Shown: positions 1-13,144 of the stretch, piece by piece
Layout of the letters: each line of letters starts with the position of its first letter
Numbering within the stretch: the stretch's first letter is position 1
NCBI GenBank assembly: GCA_002269645.1
Contig: NIVC01001650.1
Coordinates: 5,065-69,064 of the forward strand
Source: Macrostomum lignano
Lineage: Eukaryota
Reading direction: 5' to 3'
Length of the DNA: 64,000 nucleotides
Program-made: the position numbers and the translations under genes
Notes under the pieces: generated by a model
The model's input: the letters and a program-made list of their open reading frames with translations, nothing else
Told to the model about the DNA's origin: nothing
The model's database searches: none

Positions 1-222
1 GTATTGGGGTATTCAGGCGAGAGTATTGGTGTATTGTGGTGAGGGTTTGGGGTGAGGGTACTGGGGTGAGGGTATTCGGGTGAGGATATTGGGTTGAGGG
101 TATTGGGGTGGAGAGTATTGGGGTGAGGGTATTGGGGTGAGGGTACTGGGGTGAGGGTATTTGGGTGAGGGTACTGGGGTGAGGGTATTCGGGTGAGGGT
201 ACTGGGGTGAGGGTATTGGGGT
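1..222. repeat. 14-bp minisatellite (GGGGTGAGGGTATT)n
   Basis: Visible tandem array at the window start, upstream of the first FHAD1 exon shown. Confidence 0.9.
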
Positions 223-322
223 GAAGATGATGATCTATTTTCTCTTACAAAATAAGAGCGAATCAAAACCTATTAGGTATTTAAATTTAGCCAAGCGCCG
301 TCCTCTCACGCCCTCTACCCAG

Positions 323-3300
323 GACACGACAATCAGCCGGCTGAACCGCGAGCTGGAGACCCTGAAGGAGGAGGTGAAATCCCGCGACTTGACAATTTCG
401 GCTCTGCAAGCAAAGGTGAGCTGGATATGGGCCTACAGTATTGTTCCTGCGTCAATGTAATATGAAGCTCTAAGATCTATCAGCATCATCCTACTGTCAG
501 TAGCTTGAACCTGAAAGTTGTGCATAGAAAATCGACTGAAATGTAAAACCCATGAACTGAAAAAACCCGGGGACAAAACGGCAGTACCCGGAGGATTTCC
601 GATGCCCGAGGCTTGTGCGATTCGAGGAGCGAACTGGGACCCGCCGGCCGCCTCAAAGCTGCCTGCAGCCTCCGATGAGGTTTAAAAACGCCTGGCGACG
701 CGGCTCAGCGTCGCTGACGTCGCGCTACGTCACCGACAGGAACAAAGACTTGCTGGCCGAGTTCGGCGCCGCGGCGGGCCGGAGCAGCTCGGAGCCGGTG
801 CAGCACCCGCTGTGCGGCACGCTGTACATCCCGATCTCGCGGGACTCGCTAGACGAGAGCGGCGGCTACCACCTGGATGTGCATGTTAGGCCTGGCTGTG
901 GTTCGCTTTGGCGCCTTCACGCAGCTGAAGTAGAAGGATGCTAAACTCGATTTCTTAGAAATCAGCTGTAGGCCCTTCAGCAACGCACCGATACCAAATG
1001 CACTATCGATACGTTCCTGACGGGCCTCCAATTTATTTTTAAGAAAGTCGAGCGTAGCGTCACTCTACTGCAGTCGTCGTCACGGCTTCACAATGCTTTT
1101 CGTGAAGCACTTTTTCTTCGCCACTAGCATGGATTAACGCGAGCTTTGTTGAATTGACCAGTGCAAAGTATGCATTCACAGCAAGTCTAGACCGCATGCC
1201 TCTGGTTGGTTTAAGAATGTACACGTCACACCTGCTCATAACTCACTAGCCTCAAGATTTTTCATTGAAATGTACATAGCGATTATACAATGAAAGAGAG
1301 CATGCGCTATTAAATGTACGCGATTTGAGTTTTATCTATTGAACCTAACACCCCACCGCCATCAGTTCGCCCGCATCAAGGACACCAAGCGGGAGGAGGA
1401 GGAACGCGAAGCTCGAGAAAAAGAGTTGATGGCGCTGCGCACGAAGTTCAAGGACGCCGAGGCGCGGGCCAACGGTCTTCAGGAGTCCTGCCGCCAGGCC
1501 AAAGAGGAATTGGAAGCCGCCAAGACTGTGGCGCTGCGCGAGGAATCAGCGAGGCAGAAGCTGCGACAGGAGCTGGACGAACTGCAGGCCCAGGTGGCCG
1601 ACGGCCAGCGTACTGAGCGACTGGCCAAGGTGGGTTTGGATGGAATCCAGTTCATGCAGCCTCGTTTGCTTGCCGCCCTCAGCACACTCACCACCCCACA
1701 GCACACCCACCACACCACAGCACACCCACCACCCCACAGCACACCCACCACACCAAAGCACACCCACCACCCCACAGCACACCCACTACCCCACAGCACA
1801 CCCACCACCCCACAGCACACCCACCACCCCACAGCACACCCACTACCCCACAGCACACCCACCACCCCACAGCACACCCACCACCCCACAGCACACCCAC
1901 TACCCCACAGCACACCCACCACCCCACAGCACACCCACCACACCACAGCACACCCACCACCCCACAGCACACCCACCACCCCACAGCACACCCACCACCC
2001 CACAGCACACCCACCACCCCACAGCAGCCCCCCTAGCCATTCTCACTGTCTCGCTCCACCTGCATGCAGGCGGACGCCCAGCACGCCACGCAGCGCCTGG
2101 AGCGATTCCGCAACCGCGTGGCCACCGTCGCCTACTCGGCGCCCGGACTACGCGTGCCCGAGCAGGAGGCCACCGACGACCAGCTGCTCGAGCTTCTGAA
2201 GCGCTCAGTCGAAGAACGCACCGAGTTTCAGCGTCGAGTTGGCGAACTGAAAGAGTCGCTGAAGTTGGCGGAGGCTTCGGTGACCAAAACCGACTCCGGC
2301 ATTCAGCGCTGGCGAGTCCAGCTGAAGGATGCCTTCGCCAGGCTGACCGAGAAAGGCCGTCTGGCGCGAAACCTGCGGGACGAGCTGGCCAGGTTGACTG
2401 CCGAGTCGACCGAGGAGGCGCTGCAGCCGCTGCGGGACGCCGTGCTGCTGGACCTGCAGGCGCAGGTGCAGTGGCAGCAGGAGATCGAGGACGCCGTGGA
2501 GCGATGCGGGGCTCCCGTGCGCCTGTCACCAGAATGTGAGTGCGGCGGCTGAGGTCCGGGTGCCGGGATCTGGGTGCTGGGATTTTGGTGCTGGGATTTG
2601 GGTGTTGGGATTTTGGTGCTGGGATTTGGGTGCTGGGATTTGGGTGCTGGGATTTGGGTGCAGGGATTTGGGTGCTGGGATTTGGGTGCTGGGATTTGGG
2701 TGCTGGGATTTGGGTGCAGGGATTTGGGTGCTGGGATTTGGGTGCTGGGATTTGGGTGCTGGGATTTGGGTGCTGGGATTTGGGTGCTGGGATTTGGGTG
2801 CTGGGGTCTGGGTGCTGGGATTTGGGTGCTGGGGTCTGGGTGCTGGGATTGGGTGCTGGGATTTGGGTGCTGGGATTTGGGTGCTGGGATTTGGGTGCTG
2901 GGATTTGGGTGCTGGGATTTGGGTGCTGGGGTCTGGGAGCTGGGATCAGATTCTGTGACTTTCTATGAGATTTTGCAATCATCGTAATAAAATCATAAAC
3001 AAAATTCTAATAATTTTTTTCGCAGCTGAGGATGCAACCGAAGTCCAGCAGAGTAAGTTAAGGTGGCAATGAAACAGTTTTGATCAGCAAATTTTCTTCT
3101 CAAATAATTTACCTTATTACCTGTTGCCTAAAAATTCGCACCTGTCACTGGATGCTTTTTATGATAAATTCAGTAGTGAATTAGCCACAAATTTGCATCC
3201 ATTGTTTGGTTCCTTGTAATTTTGCAATTTTGCCAGTAAGTAAGAGACGGAGACAACTGGAAGTAAAACTGATAGGAGAGGAGAGGAGAGGAGAGGAGAG

Positions 3301-6300
3301 GAGAGGAGAGGAGAGGAGAGGAGGAGAGGAGAGGAGAGGAGAGGAGAGAAGAGGAGAGGAAAGGAGAGGAGAGGAGAGGAGAGGAGAGGAGAGGAGAGGA
3401 GAGAGGAGAGGAGAGAAGAGGAGGAGAGGAGAGGAGAGGAGAGGAGAGGAGAGGAGAGGAGAGGAGAGGAGTGGAGAGGAGAGGAGAGGAGAGGAGAGGA
3501 GAGGAGAGGAGAGGAGTGGAGAGGAGAGGAGAGGAGAGGAGAGGAGAGGAGGAGAGGAGAGGAGAGGAGAGGAGAGGAGAGGAGAGGAGAGGAGAGGAGA
3601 GAAGAGGAGAGAGAGGAGAGGAGAGGAGAGGAGAGGAGAGGAGAGGAGAGGAGAGGAGAGGAGAGGAGAGGAGAGGAGGAGGAGAGGAGAGGAGTGGAGA
3701 GGAGAGGAGAGGAGAGGAGAGGAGAGGAGAGGAGAGGAGAGGAGAGGAGAGGAGAGGAGAGGAGAGGAGAGGAGAGGTGAGGGGAGGGGAGAGAAAAAAT
3801 GAAAGCAGATTTTGATTTTCCGATTACTAAAGCGTCATATTAATTTTTTGCTGACAACCGAACTCGAAGTTAAATTTCGAGTGCTGCAGCGCCAATCCTG
3901 TTGAGCACACTTGGCTTCAAACAGCCACCCCACCTGGCCTGCTCCAGTTTAGCGTGGAAGCAACTCGCACTGTTTTTCCCAAACCGCGGATTCCGCAGCC
4001 CCGGCGCATCACGTGACCCAGCTGTACTCGCGCTGGCAGGACGCCTTGAACGAGCGGGAGCGGCTCCGGTCTCGCATCGCCGAGCTGGAGTCGCAGGCGG
4101 CCGCTGACCGCGAAAGCTTGGAGGCCCGGCTGGCTGGCGAGACCGAAGCCCGCGTGGCCGAGGCGCTGGAGAAGGCGGCGGCCGAGGCTGCCAGGGAGCA
4201 GCAGCGAGTCATCGACGACGTGGTGGCAACGGAGACGGAGCGGCGCGAGGCGGCGGTGGCTCACGAGCGCGGCACCATCGCGGAGCTGCAGGGCCGTCTG
4301 GCTGCGCTGCAACGCGCCCTTGAGGAGCGCGAGGCTGAGCGCGCCGATGATCTGAGCGAAGCGCAGTCGGCGGTGGAGCGCCTGTCGGAGAAGGAGGCCA
4401 CCGAGGCCGAGCTGCGTCGCGACGTCGCCAGGCTGACGGTCGAGAAGGAGGAGGCTCTGGCCAGCGCGGAGGAGCTGGTAAGGGCGGCGGAGGCGCGGCA
4501 CGAGAAGGAGGCACAGGGCTTCAAGGACCAGGTGAAGCAGCACAGCGTCACCATCTGCCATATGGAGGAGCGCCTGACCAAGGTGAGAACTTCTTCACTT
4601 CTTCTGGGATGCTGCTCTGTGCGAGTCAGGGAGTGACGACGGTGCACTGGAAGCCTTTGGGTCAGTGGGTTCAGCATCTCAAGTGGGTCAAGTATCTCAA
4701 GTGGGTCGAGCACCTCAAGTGGGTCAAGCATCTCAGATGGGTCAATCATCTCAGGTGGGTCGAGCATCTCAAGTGGGTCGAGCATCTTAAGTGGATCAAG
4801 CATCTCAGATGGGGAAAAGCTTTTCAAGTGGGTCAAGCATCTCAGGTGGGTCGAGCTTCTCAAGTGGGTCAAGCATCTCAGATGGGGAAAAGCTTCTCAA
4901 GTGGGTCAAGCATCTCATATGGGGAAAAGCTTCTCAAGTGGGTCAAGCATCTTAAGTGGGTCAAGTATCTCAATTGGGTCAAGTATCTCAAGTGTGTCAA
5001 GCATCTCAAGTGGGTTGAGCATCTCAGGTGGGTCGAGCATCTCAGGTGGGTCGAGCATCTCAGGTGGGTCGAGCATACCTGAAGCACACAGTGGCAAGAC
5101 CCGAACCCGCACCCGCTGCCCAGGTGGTGAAGCAGAACAAGCAGCTGCAGGAGGAGCTCAACCAGGCCCGCCAGGAAGCCAGCGAGCTGCGAGGCCAGCA
5201 GGAGGCCGCCTCGGCCAGACGCCGAGAGGCGGCCACCACGCCGAAGGTGATTGTGCAACGGCCGACAGCGGAGCTGGCAGTGATGGAGCGCACCGTGGTC
5301 GGGCTGCGGCAGGAGAACTCCAACCTGAAGGAGACGGTGCAGAGCCAACGACAGGAGATGGAGAGCCTGCGCCGCGACCTGCAGGGGATGTCAGCCCGGC
5401 TGTCAGACATCCGCGGCGAGCTGACAGATCAGCAGAAGGAGGAGCTCGAGGGCTCGAAGCACCGCCTGCGGGAGGTGGAGGCGGAGCTGGCCGAAAAGAA
5501 GGAAAAACTGGCAAAGCTGACTGAGGTGGCTGAGAATCAGGTGAGGCTAGCAATATACCATATTGGCTAGGCTAGCAATCCACTCTATTGGCTAGGCTAG
5601 CAATCCACTCTATTTGGCTAGGCTAGCAATCCACTCTATTGGCCAGGCTAGCAATCCACTCTATTAACTAGGCTAGCAATCCACTCTATTGGCTAGGCTA
5701 GCAATCCACTCTATTGGCTAGGCTAGCAATCCACTCTATTGGCAAGGCTAGCAATCCACTCTATTTGGCTAGGCTAGCAATCCACTCTATTGGCCAGGCT
5801 AGCAATCCACTCTATTAACTAGGCTAGCAATCCACTCTATTGGCTAGGCTAGCAATCCACTTTATTGGCCAGGCTAGCAATCCACTCTATTAACTAGGCT
5901 AGCAATCCACTCTATTGGCTAGGCTAGCAATCCACTCTATTGGCAAGGCTAGCAATCCACTCTATTTGGCTAGGCTAGCAATCCACTCTATTGGCCAGGC
6001 TAGCAATCCACTCTATTAACTAGGCTAGCAATCCACTCTATTGGCTAGGCTAGCAATCCACTTTATTGGCCAGGCTAGCAATCCACTCTATTAACTAGGC
6101 TAGCAATCCACTCTATTGGCTAGGCTAGCAATCCACTCTATTGGCTAGGCTAGCAATCCACTCTATTGGCTAGGCTAGCAATCCACTCTATTGGCTAGGC
6201 TAGCAATCCACTCTATTGGCTAGGCTAGCAATCCACTCTATTGGCTAGGCTAGCAATCCACTCTATTGGCTAGGCTAGCAATCCACTCTATTGGCTAGGC

Positions 6301-9300
6301 TAGCAATCCACTCTATTTGGCTAGGCTAGCAGTCCACTCTATTGGCTAGGCTAGCAATCCACTCTATTTGGCTAGGCTAGCAATCCACTCTATCCGCTCC
6401 CAGGCTGCTCAGCTGGCCGAAGCTCGAGCCCAGCAGGAGAAGCACCGGTCCGCCCTAGGCCGCATGCAGTCGGCCCTGGATCGCACCGAGGTCGGCTCCA
6501 AGGACCTCGAGGCCCGTCTAGAAGCCGAGCGTTGCCGGGCCGATGAGGCTGCGGCGCGCACCTGTGAGGAGGAGCGAATCGCTGCCGAGATGTCCTCGCT
6601 GGGTCACCAGTGCCGCGGCGAGCGCCACGCCGAGGTCATCGCTCACCAGAAGGAGGCGCTCAGCGAGCTGCGAAAGCGGCTGAAAGAGCTGGAGCGGACT
6701 CGGCCGTCTGGTGAGCGAGTTCAGCTTCCTTATTCCTCTCTAGCCTACTCAGTATTTCCTCTGTTAGTGCACTTCTATTAGAAGTTCACAATTTTTTTTC
6801 TCAGAATCAGAACCTACTTCCCTACCCAATTTCATTGCCCAACCTCTCGACTGAGGGAGGATTTGGCCCAGGACAATGCACACTACCTGCCTTGGTCTCA
6901 GTCGCATCTCTACCCCATTTTATTGCCCAACCTCTTGATTGAGGGGAGGATTTGACCAAAGACAATTCACACTATCTGCCCTGCCTCAGTCGCATCTCTA
7001 CCTCATTTTATTGCCCAACCTCTTGATTGAGGGGAGGATTTGACCAAAGACAATTCACACTATCTGCCCTGCCTCAGTCGGATCTCTACCCCATTTACTG
7101 CCCAACCTCTCGCGTGGGGGAGGATTTGGCCCAGGACCATACACACTATCTGCCTTGCCTCAGTCGGATCTCTACCCCATTTTACTGCCCAACCTCTCGC
7201 GTGGGGGAGGATTTGGCCCAGGACCATACACACTATCTGCCCTGCCTCAGTCGGATCTCTACCCCATTTACTGCCCAACCTCTCGCGTGGGGGAGGATTT
7301 GGCCCAGGACCATACACACTATCTGCCTTGCCTCAGTCGGATCTCTACCCCATTTTACTGCCCAACCTCTCGCGTGGGGAGAATTTGGCCCAGGACATTT
7401 GCACACTATCTGCCTTGCCTCAGTCGGATCTCTACCCCATTTTATTGCCCAACCTCTCGCGTGGGGGAGGATTTGGCCCAGGACATTTGCACACTATCTG
7501 CCCTGTCTCAGTCGGATCTCTACCCCATTTTATTGCCCGACCTCTGGCGTGCGGGGGTTTAGCTGGGCAATGTACGCGACGCTGACAACGTGACGTGTAC
7601 TTTGTTTAATTGATAGCAAAATTTGTCACGCGAAACTCCTTGATACAGTATATCTCAAGTCAATTTAATGTGCACTTTTAACAATGTACACCCCGATTGG
7701 ACAATTTCTCAATTTCTCTTCAGCGGCTGCCTCGCAAGACCAAGCAGCCCAGCAGCAGCAGGTGACGCTGCTCAAAAAGGAGCTGGCCGAGCTCCGAGCC
7801 AAGCAGGCCATGGCGGAGACTCGCCCGGCCATCGGGGGCGCCTCCGCCGGTGACGCCAGGCAGCTGGGAGCCTCCGGCGTGGCTCGAATAGCTTCCTCGG
7901 CGGCCGATTTGGAGGCCGAACGGGCGGCGCACAAAGAGACTCGCGACTGCCTGGAACTGTCTGAGCACACCTACCTCAGCCTGCTGCGGGGCCTGGCCAG
8001 CGGGCTCGAGCTCGAGTCTGTGCAGGTGAGAGGCTTTCAGACATTTCACCCATTCCATCACTGCCTAGTTCACTCATTCCTTCACTGACTAGCTCACTCA
8101 TTCTGTCACTGCCTAGTTCACTCATTCCATCACTGCCTAGTTCACCCATTCCATCACTGCCTAGTTCACTCATTCCTTCACTGACTAGCTCACTCATTCT
8201 GTCACTGCCTAGTTCACTCATTCCATCACTGCCTAGTTCACCCATTCCGTCACTGCCTAGTTCACTCATTCCGTCACTGCCTAGTTCACTCATTCCTTCA
8301 CTGACTAGCTCACTCATTCTGTCACTGCCTAGTTCACTCATTCCATCACTGCCTAGTTCACCCATTCCGTCACTGCCTAGTTCACTCATTCCGTCACGGC
8401 CTAGTTCACTCATTCCATCACTGCCTAGTTCACTCATTCCTTCACTGCCTAGTTCACTCATTCCGTCACTGCCTAGTTCACTCATTCCGTCACTGCCTAG
8501 TTCACTCATTCTATCACTGCCTAGTTCACTCATTCCGTCACTGCCTAGTTCACTCATTCTATCACTGCCTAGTTCACTCATTCCGTCACTGCCTAGTTCA
8601 CTCATTCCATCACTGCCTAGTTCACTCATTCCATCACTGCCTAGTTCACTCATTCCGTCACTGCCTAGTTCACTCATTCCATCACTGCCTAGTTCACTCA
8701 TTCTGTCACTGCCTAGTTCACTCACTCCGTCACTGCCTAGTTCACTCATTCTGTCACTGCCTAGTTCACTCATTCTATCACTGCCTAGTTCATCCATTAT
8801 GTCACTGCCTAGTTCACTCATTCCGTCACTGCCTAGTTCACTCATTCCGTTCACTCCTCGCCATCGCCCAGGGCCTCCGCTCGATGGCCCACCTGCCCCG
8901 TGACGAGCGCGACCGCCTGGCCCGGGAGCGGGAGGAGGCGGCCAGCCTGCTGACCCAGCGGGTGCGGCTGTTCAAGGAGCGCCTGGGCCGCAAGGAGGAC
9001 CTCCTGCAGGGATACGAGAGGGACCTGGCCAAGCTGCGGCAGGCCGAGGAGCTGGCGGGCAAGAGGAGCCATCAGGTGAGCGAATCTCGCTGGAAAGCCG
9101 GTTTGTCAGCGAAAATGCACCGGCGAGTCAGGGAGTTTTCTGAGCTTCAGCACTAAACTCATTATATTAGCCTAGTGATTGGTTGGCTTCAGTTTACTTA
9201 ATCCATGCGGCAAAGCCCTTGCTGATGCCAAGTCTCACTACCGATGTATTTGATGAGGAAGTGAGGTGGTTGATGGAGTGGGGTGGGTGAGGGAATGGGG

Positions 9301-12077
9301 TGAGTGAGGGAATGGGGTGGGTAAGGGAGTGAGGGGGGCGTTGCAGGGGGCTCCGGGCATCCGAATACAGAAGGAAGGTGTTAACACCCGTTCCGCTAGA
9401 GTGAGGTGGAGAAAGAGTAAGAGAATTTGATAGATAAATGAGATTTGAGATAGATCTTGAATGGGATTTTATAGAGCTTGAATGAGATTTGATGGAGCTT
9501 GGATGAGATTTGATGGAGCTTGGATGAGATTTGATGGAGCTTGGATGAGATTTGATGGAGCTTGGATGAGATTTGATGGAGCTTGGATGAGATTTGATGG
9601 AGCTTGAATGAGATTTGATGGAGCTTGGATGAGATTTGATGGAGCTTGGATGAGATTTGATGGAGCTTGAATGAGATTTGAGATAGATCTTGAATGGGAT
9701 TTTATAGAGCTTGGATGAGATTTGATGGAGCTTGAATGAGATTTGAGATAGATCTTGAATGGGATTTTATAGAGCTTGAATGAGATTTGATGGAGCTTGG
9801 ATGAGGTTTGATGGAGCTTGGATGAGATTTGATGGAGCTTGGATGAGATTTGATGGAGCTTGGATGAGATTTGATGGAGCTTGAATGAGATTTGAGATAG
9901 ATCTTGAATGGGATTTTATAGAGCTTGAATGAGATTTGATGGAGCTTGAATGAGATTTGATGGAGCTTGGATGAGATTTGATGGAGCTTGGATGAGATTT
10001 GATGGAGTTTGAATGAGATTTGAGATAGATCTTGAATGGGATTTTATAGAGCTTGGATGAGATTTGATGGAGCTTGAATGAGATTTGAGATAGATCTTGA
10101 ATGGGATTTTATAGAGCTTGAATGAGATTTGATGGAGCTTGAATGAGATTTGATGGAGCTTGGATGAGGTTTGATGGAGCTTGGATGAGATTTGATGGAG
10201 CTTGGATGAGATTTGATGGAGCTTGGATGAGATTTGATGGAGCTTGAATGAGATTTGAGATAGATCTTGAATGGGATTTTATAGAGCTTGAATGAGATTT
10301 GATGAAGCTTGGATGAGATTTGATGGAGCTTGGATGAGATTTGATGGAGCTTGGATGAGATTTGATGGAGCTTGGATGAGATTTGATGGAGCTTGAATGA
10401 GATTTGAGATAGATCTTGAATGGGATTTTATAGAGCTTGAATGAGATTTGATGAAGCTTGGATGAGATTTGATGGAGCTTGGATGAGATTTGATGGAGCT
10501 TGAATGAGATTTGAGATAGATCTTGAATGGGATTTTATAGAGCTTGAATGAGATTTAATGGAGCTTGAATGAGATTTGATGGAGCTTGGATGAAATTTGA
10601 TGGAGCTTGAATGAGATTTGAGATAGATCTTGAATGGGATTTTATAGAGCTTGAATGAGATATGATGGAGCTTGAATGAGATTTGATGGAGCTTGAATGA
10701 GATTTAATGGAGCTTGAATGAGATTTGATGGAGCTTGAATGAATTTTTATTGGAGCTTGGATGAGATTTGATGGAGCTTGGATGAGATTTGATGGAGCTT
10801 GGATGAGATTTAGCACTAAATTAACTATATTAGTCTAGTGTATGCATTGTGTATGCATCGGTAGGGTATGCACTACTGATATGTACCGAAATTAACATAT
10901 TACCCATTCAACCAGGTGGACAGCCTGGCCCAGGACCTGCGATCTCGCGGCGAAGAGGTCGACCTGCTGCGCGAGAGCCTCAGCCGGACAAAGGACGTGC
11001 TCAACCAGGAGAAGCGAATCAACACGGCCATCAAGCAGAAGAAGGCGCTGCACTCCGGGCAGAACCTGGCAGCCACCACGGCCAGGGGCAGCCTGGGGGC
11101 CGGCGCCAGCGGGGGCGCCCACTGCCCGCCTGAGGATGTGCATGCCAAGGTGAGTTTTGGCTGGCTGAGTGAGTGAGTGAGTGAGTGAGTGAGTGAGTGA
11201 GTGAGTGAGTGAGTGAGTGAGTGAGTGAGTGAGTGAGTGAGTGAGTGAGTGAGTGAGTGAGTGAGTGAGTGAGTGAGTGAGTGAGTGAGTGAGTGAGTGA
11301 GTGAGTGAGTGAGTGAGTGAGTGAGTGAGTGAGTGAGTGAGTGAGTGAGTGAGTGAGTGAGTGAGTGAGTGAGTGAGTGAGTGAGTGAGTGAGTGAGTGA
11401 GTGAGTGAGTGAGTGAGTGAGTGAGTGAGTGAGTGAGTGAGTGAGTGACCAATCCCTGCTCACACTGCGGTCACCCAGGAGGAGGCCAAGAAGCGGGCGA
11501 TCCGAGAGAAAATCAAGCGAAAAGACTACGAGATTCGAACTCTCAAAGCCGAGCTAATGTCGCGCGAGAAGGACCTGTCAAGTGCCTCATCCAGGCTCGT
11601 GAATCTGGAAAGCACCCTGGTGAGTCAAGTTTTTTTGGTTTATGCATCTCCTCTCAGCACTTCGATCCATCCTCATTATCTACATCATTGCATATCATAA
11701 ATATTTGTAATTTCAGCCAGATAAAGCGTTGAATGCCCGAGAATCGCCTACTTAAAGTAGCATCCCTTAGCTGTTTTCTTATTTTTCACAGCACGTCACT
11801 TGGAAAGTTTTTGGTTCGTTTTACAAGAATTAAAAGCTTGTTTTACTGTCGAATACCGAGCTCACAAATTACCCGATTAGGCAGTTAGAATACAGATACT
11901 TGAGTTCCTGCGTATTAGAGGTGCATCCTGCACTGGAGCCGACCAGCATTTGCACTTTTATTTTCTGTCACGGTTGCATCATCATCGCACAGTTAATTTG
12001 GCTCGCGCATTCATTCAGCACCTGTTTATCTTGCCCAGGGCCTGCCGCACGAATCAGAGCTCACAGCGGAGTCCTGA
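323..12077 (+). CDS. FHAD1: FHAD1-like (forkhead-associated domain-containing protein 1) coiled-coil protein, 5'-partial, 12 exons
   Basis: Exons 323-415, 1366-1629, 2070-2535, 3026-3052, 3999-4582, 5124-5540, 6404-6710, 7724-8025, 8872-9075, 10916-11149, 11479-11619, 12039-12077(TGA). All are AG/GT flanked with matching phases and sum to 3078 nt. Motifs [54 protein letters not shown] and [15 protein letters not shown] match the FHAD1 C-terminal region as I recall it. The FHA domain would lie upstream of the window. Confidence 0.85.
1680..2027. repeat. 19-bp minisatellite CACAGCACACCCACCACCC, FHAD1 intron 2
   Basis: Tandem array with three-unit higher-order periodicity. Confidence 0.9.
2562..2945. 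repeat. 14-bp minisatellite (GGGATTTGGGTGCT)n, FHAD1 intron 3
   Basis: Tandem array. Confidence 0.9.
3274..3792. repeat. (GAGAG)n pentanucleotide microsatellite, FHAD1 intron 4
   Basis: Pure purine tract. Confidence 0.95.
4668..5078. repeat. 18-bp minisatellite AGCATCTCAAGTGGGTC(A/G), FHAD1 intron 5
   Basis: Tandem array with variant units. Confidence 0.9.
5545..6393. repeat. 25-bp minisatellite GGCTAGGCTAGCAATCCACTCTATT, FHAD1 intron 6
   Basis: Fills almost the whole intron from donor to acceptor. Confidence 0.95.
6835..7545. repeat. ~87-bp tandem repeat, about 8 copies, FHAD1 intron 7
   Basis: CCCAACCTCTC recurs at ~87-nt spacing (6838, 6926, 7016, 7101, 7188, 7274, 7361, 7448). Confidence 0.9.
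8045..8855. repeat. 24-bp minisatellite CTAGTTCACTCATTCCGTCACTGC, FHAD1 intron 8
   Basis: Tandem array. Confidence 0.95.
9430..10812. repeat. 20-bp minisatellite GAGCTTG(G/A)ATGAGATTTGAT with higher-order variant unit, FHAD1 intron 9
   Basis: Tandem array; the variant GAGATAGATCTTGAATGGGATTTTATA recurs periodically. Confidence 0.95.
11166..11447. repeat. (GAGT)n microsatellite, FHAD1 intron 10
   Basis: About 70 perfect units. Confidence 0.95.
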
Positions 12078-12803
12078 GAGCGATGGACCTATCAAAATGC
12101 CACACTGATGAGGAGCATCACGTGACTAATTTTCTGTCCAGCTGTTCGCATATTTTTCTCCTCTAATAATTGGTATTCTTTTTGTTGTGCGTCTTTTTTC
12201 TCCGCCTGATACATTTCGTCAATGATTTTCGCATATTTCTACTCTCAGTAGAGTAGCTTGATTGATAAATTTGTGAATTTTTTCTGCGCTTTAAGGTGAA
12301 AAATGTCTGGCAACATTTTTCGGATTCTTTTAAAAGTTTTTTTTCCAGTTCCGATCCCCCATGCTCCGGGCTGATTCGGCACAGCTGTATTCAACCATGC
12401 CTTACCTTATCAATTACTGTAGACCGCTGTAGTGAGTATAACTTTCCGAATAATTTATTGTACTCTATAATCCCGCGTGTCCCCCGGATTCTGCGTGATT
12501 TTTCACTTGTTCTTCTGCTGATAGTGATAAATATTATTATAGTTTTCACTGATAGCCTGGCACCTGCACTTAGACTCCTACAGAAGATGATAAATAAAAG
12601 TTCAATTGGCTATGTAGTGTATTTATCGCGCAGATTAAAATTATATTTGAAAAAATTACAAATATTACTCTTGAATTATTATTTACGCTTTGGGTTGGAA
12701 GTTTCCAATAATCCAGAATTCAAGTCGCAGTTTAGATCACCGATACTGGAACTACTACCTTAGATAGATGGTTGATAGCCCACTCAGCACATTTGCGTGT
12801 AAG

Positions 12804-13144
12804 CTACTTTCAGTTCAGTAGTAAGTTAAACAGAAGCATTTCAATGTATTTTCAAAGCCAAGGCTCATTTATTGGCTCTTGCCCCCAACTTCTACCCAAA
12901 CTCTCCAATCGCGCCTTTCTACTAACCCTCGTCCCGCCCCAATTTTTATTGGCCTTCTCGGAATTCCAGCCTAAAGCTGCCATGTACATTTCAGTGGACT
13001 GGCTAATGTACATTATCGCTGAACCAATTAGCAAGCTGTTTACGACTGCAAGCTTGGGCTTCTAAACTTATTAAAGTAATTTCAGCTGCCATTATTTCTA
13101 TATAATAGCTTATGCATTCTTCTTTGCTACTGAACTGAAAGTAG
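12804..13144. mobile_element. MITE-like non-autonomous DNA element
   Basis: Perfect 18-bp terminal inverted repeats CTACTTTCAGTTCAGTAG (12804-12821) and CTACTGAACTGAAAGTAG (13127-13144). No coding capacity and no clear TSD. Confidence 0.55.

Noticed and set aside
1-222. G-rich repeat at the window start as telomeric sequence
   Set aside because: The unit is GGGGTGAGGGTATT, not TTAGGG, and it lies just upstream of an internal FHAD1 exon.
6835-7545. 87-bp array (and the 45-bp array at 27354) as CRISPR-like
   Set aside because: Whole units are duplicated with no unique spacers, there are no cas genes, and the context is eukaryotic.
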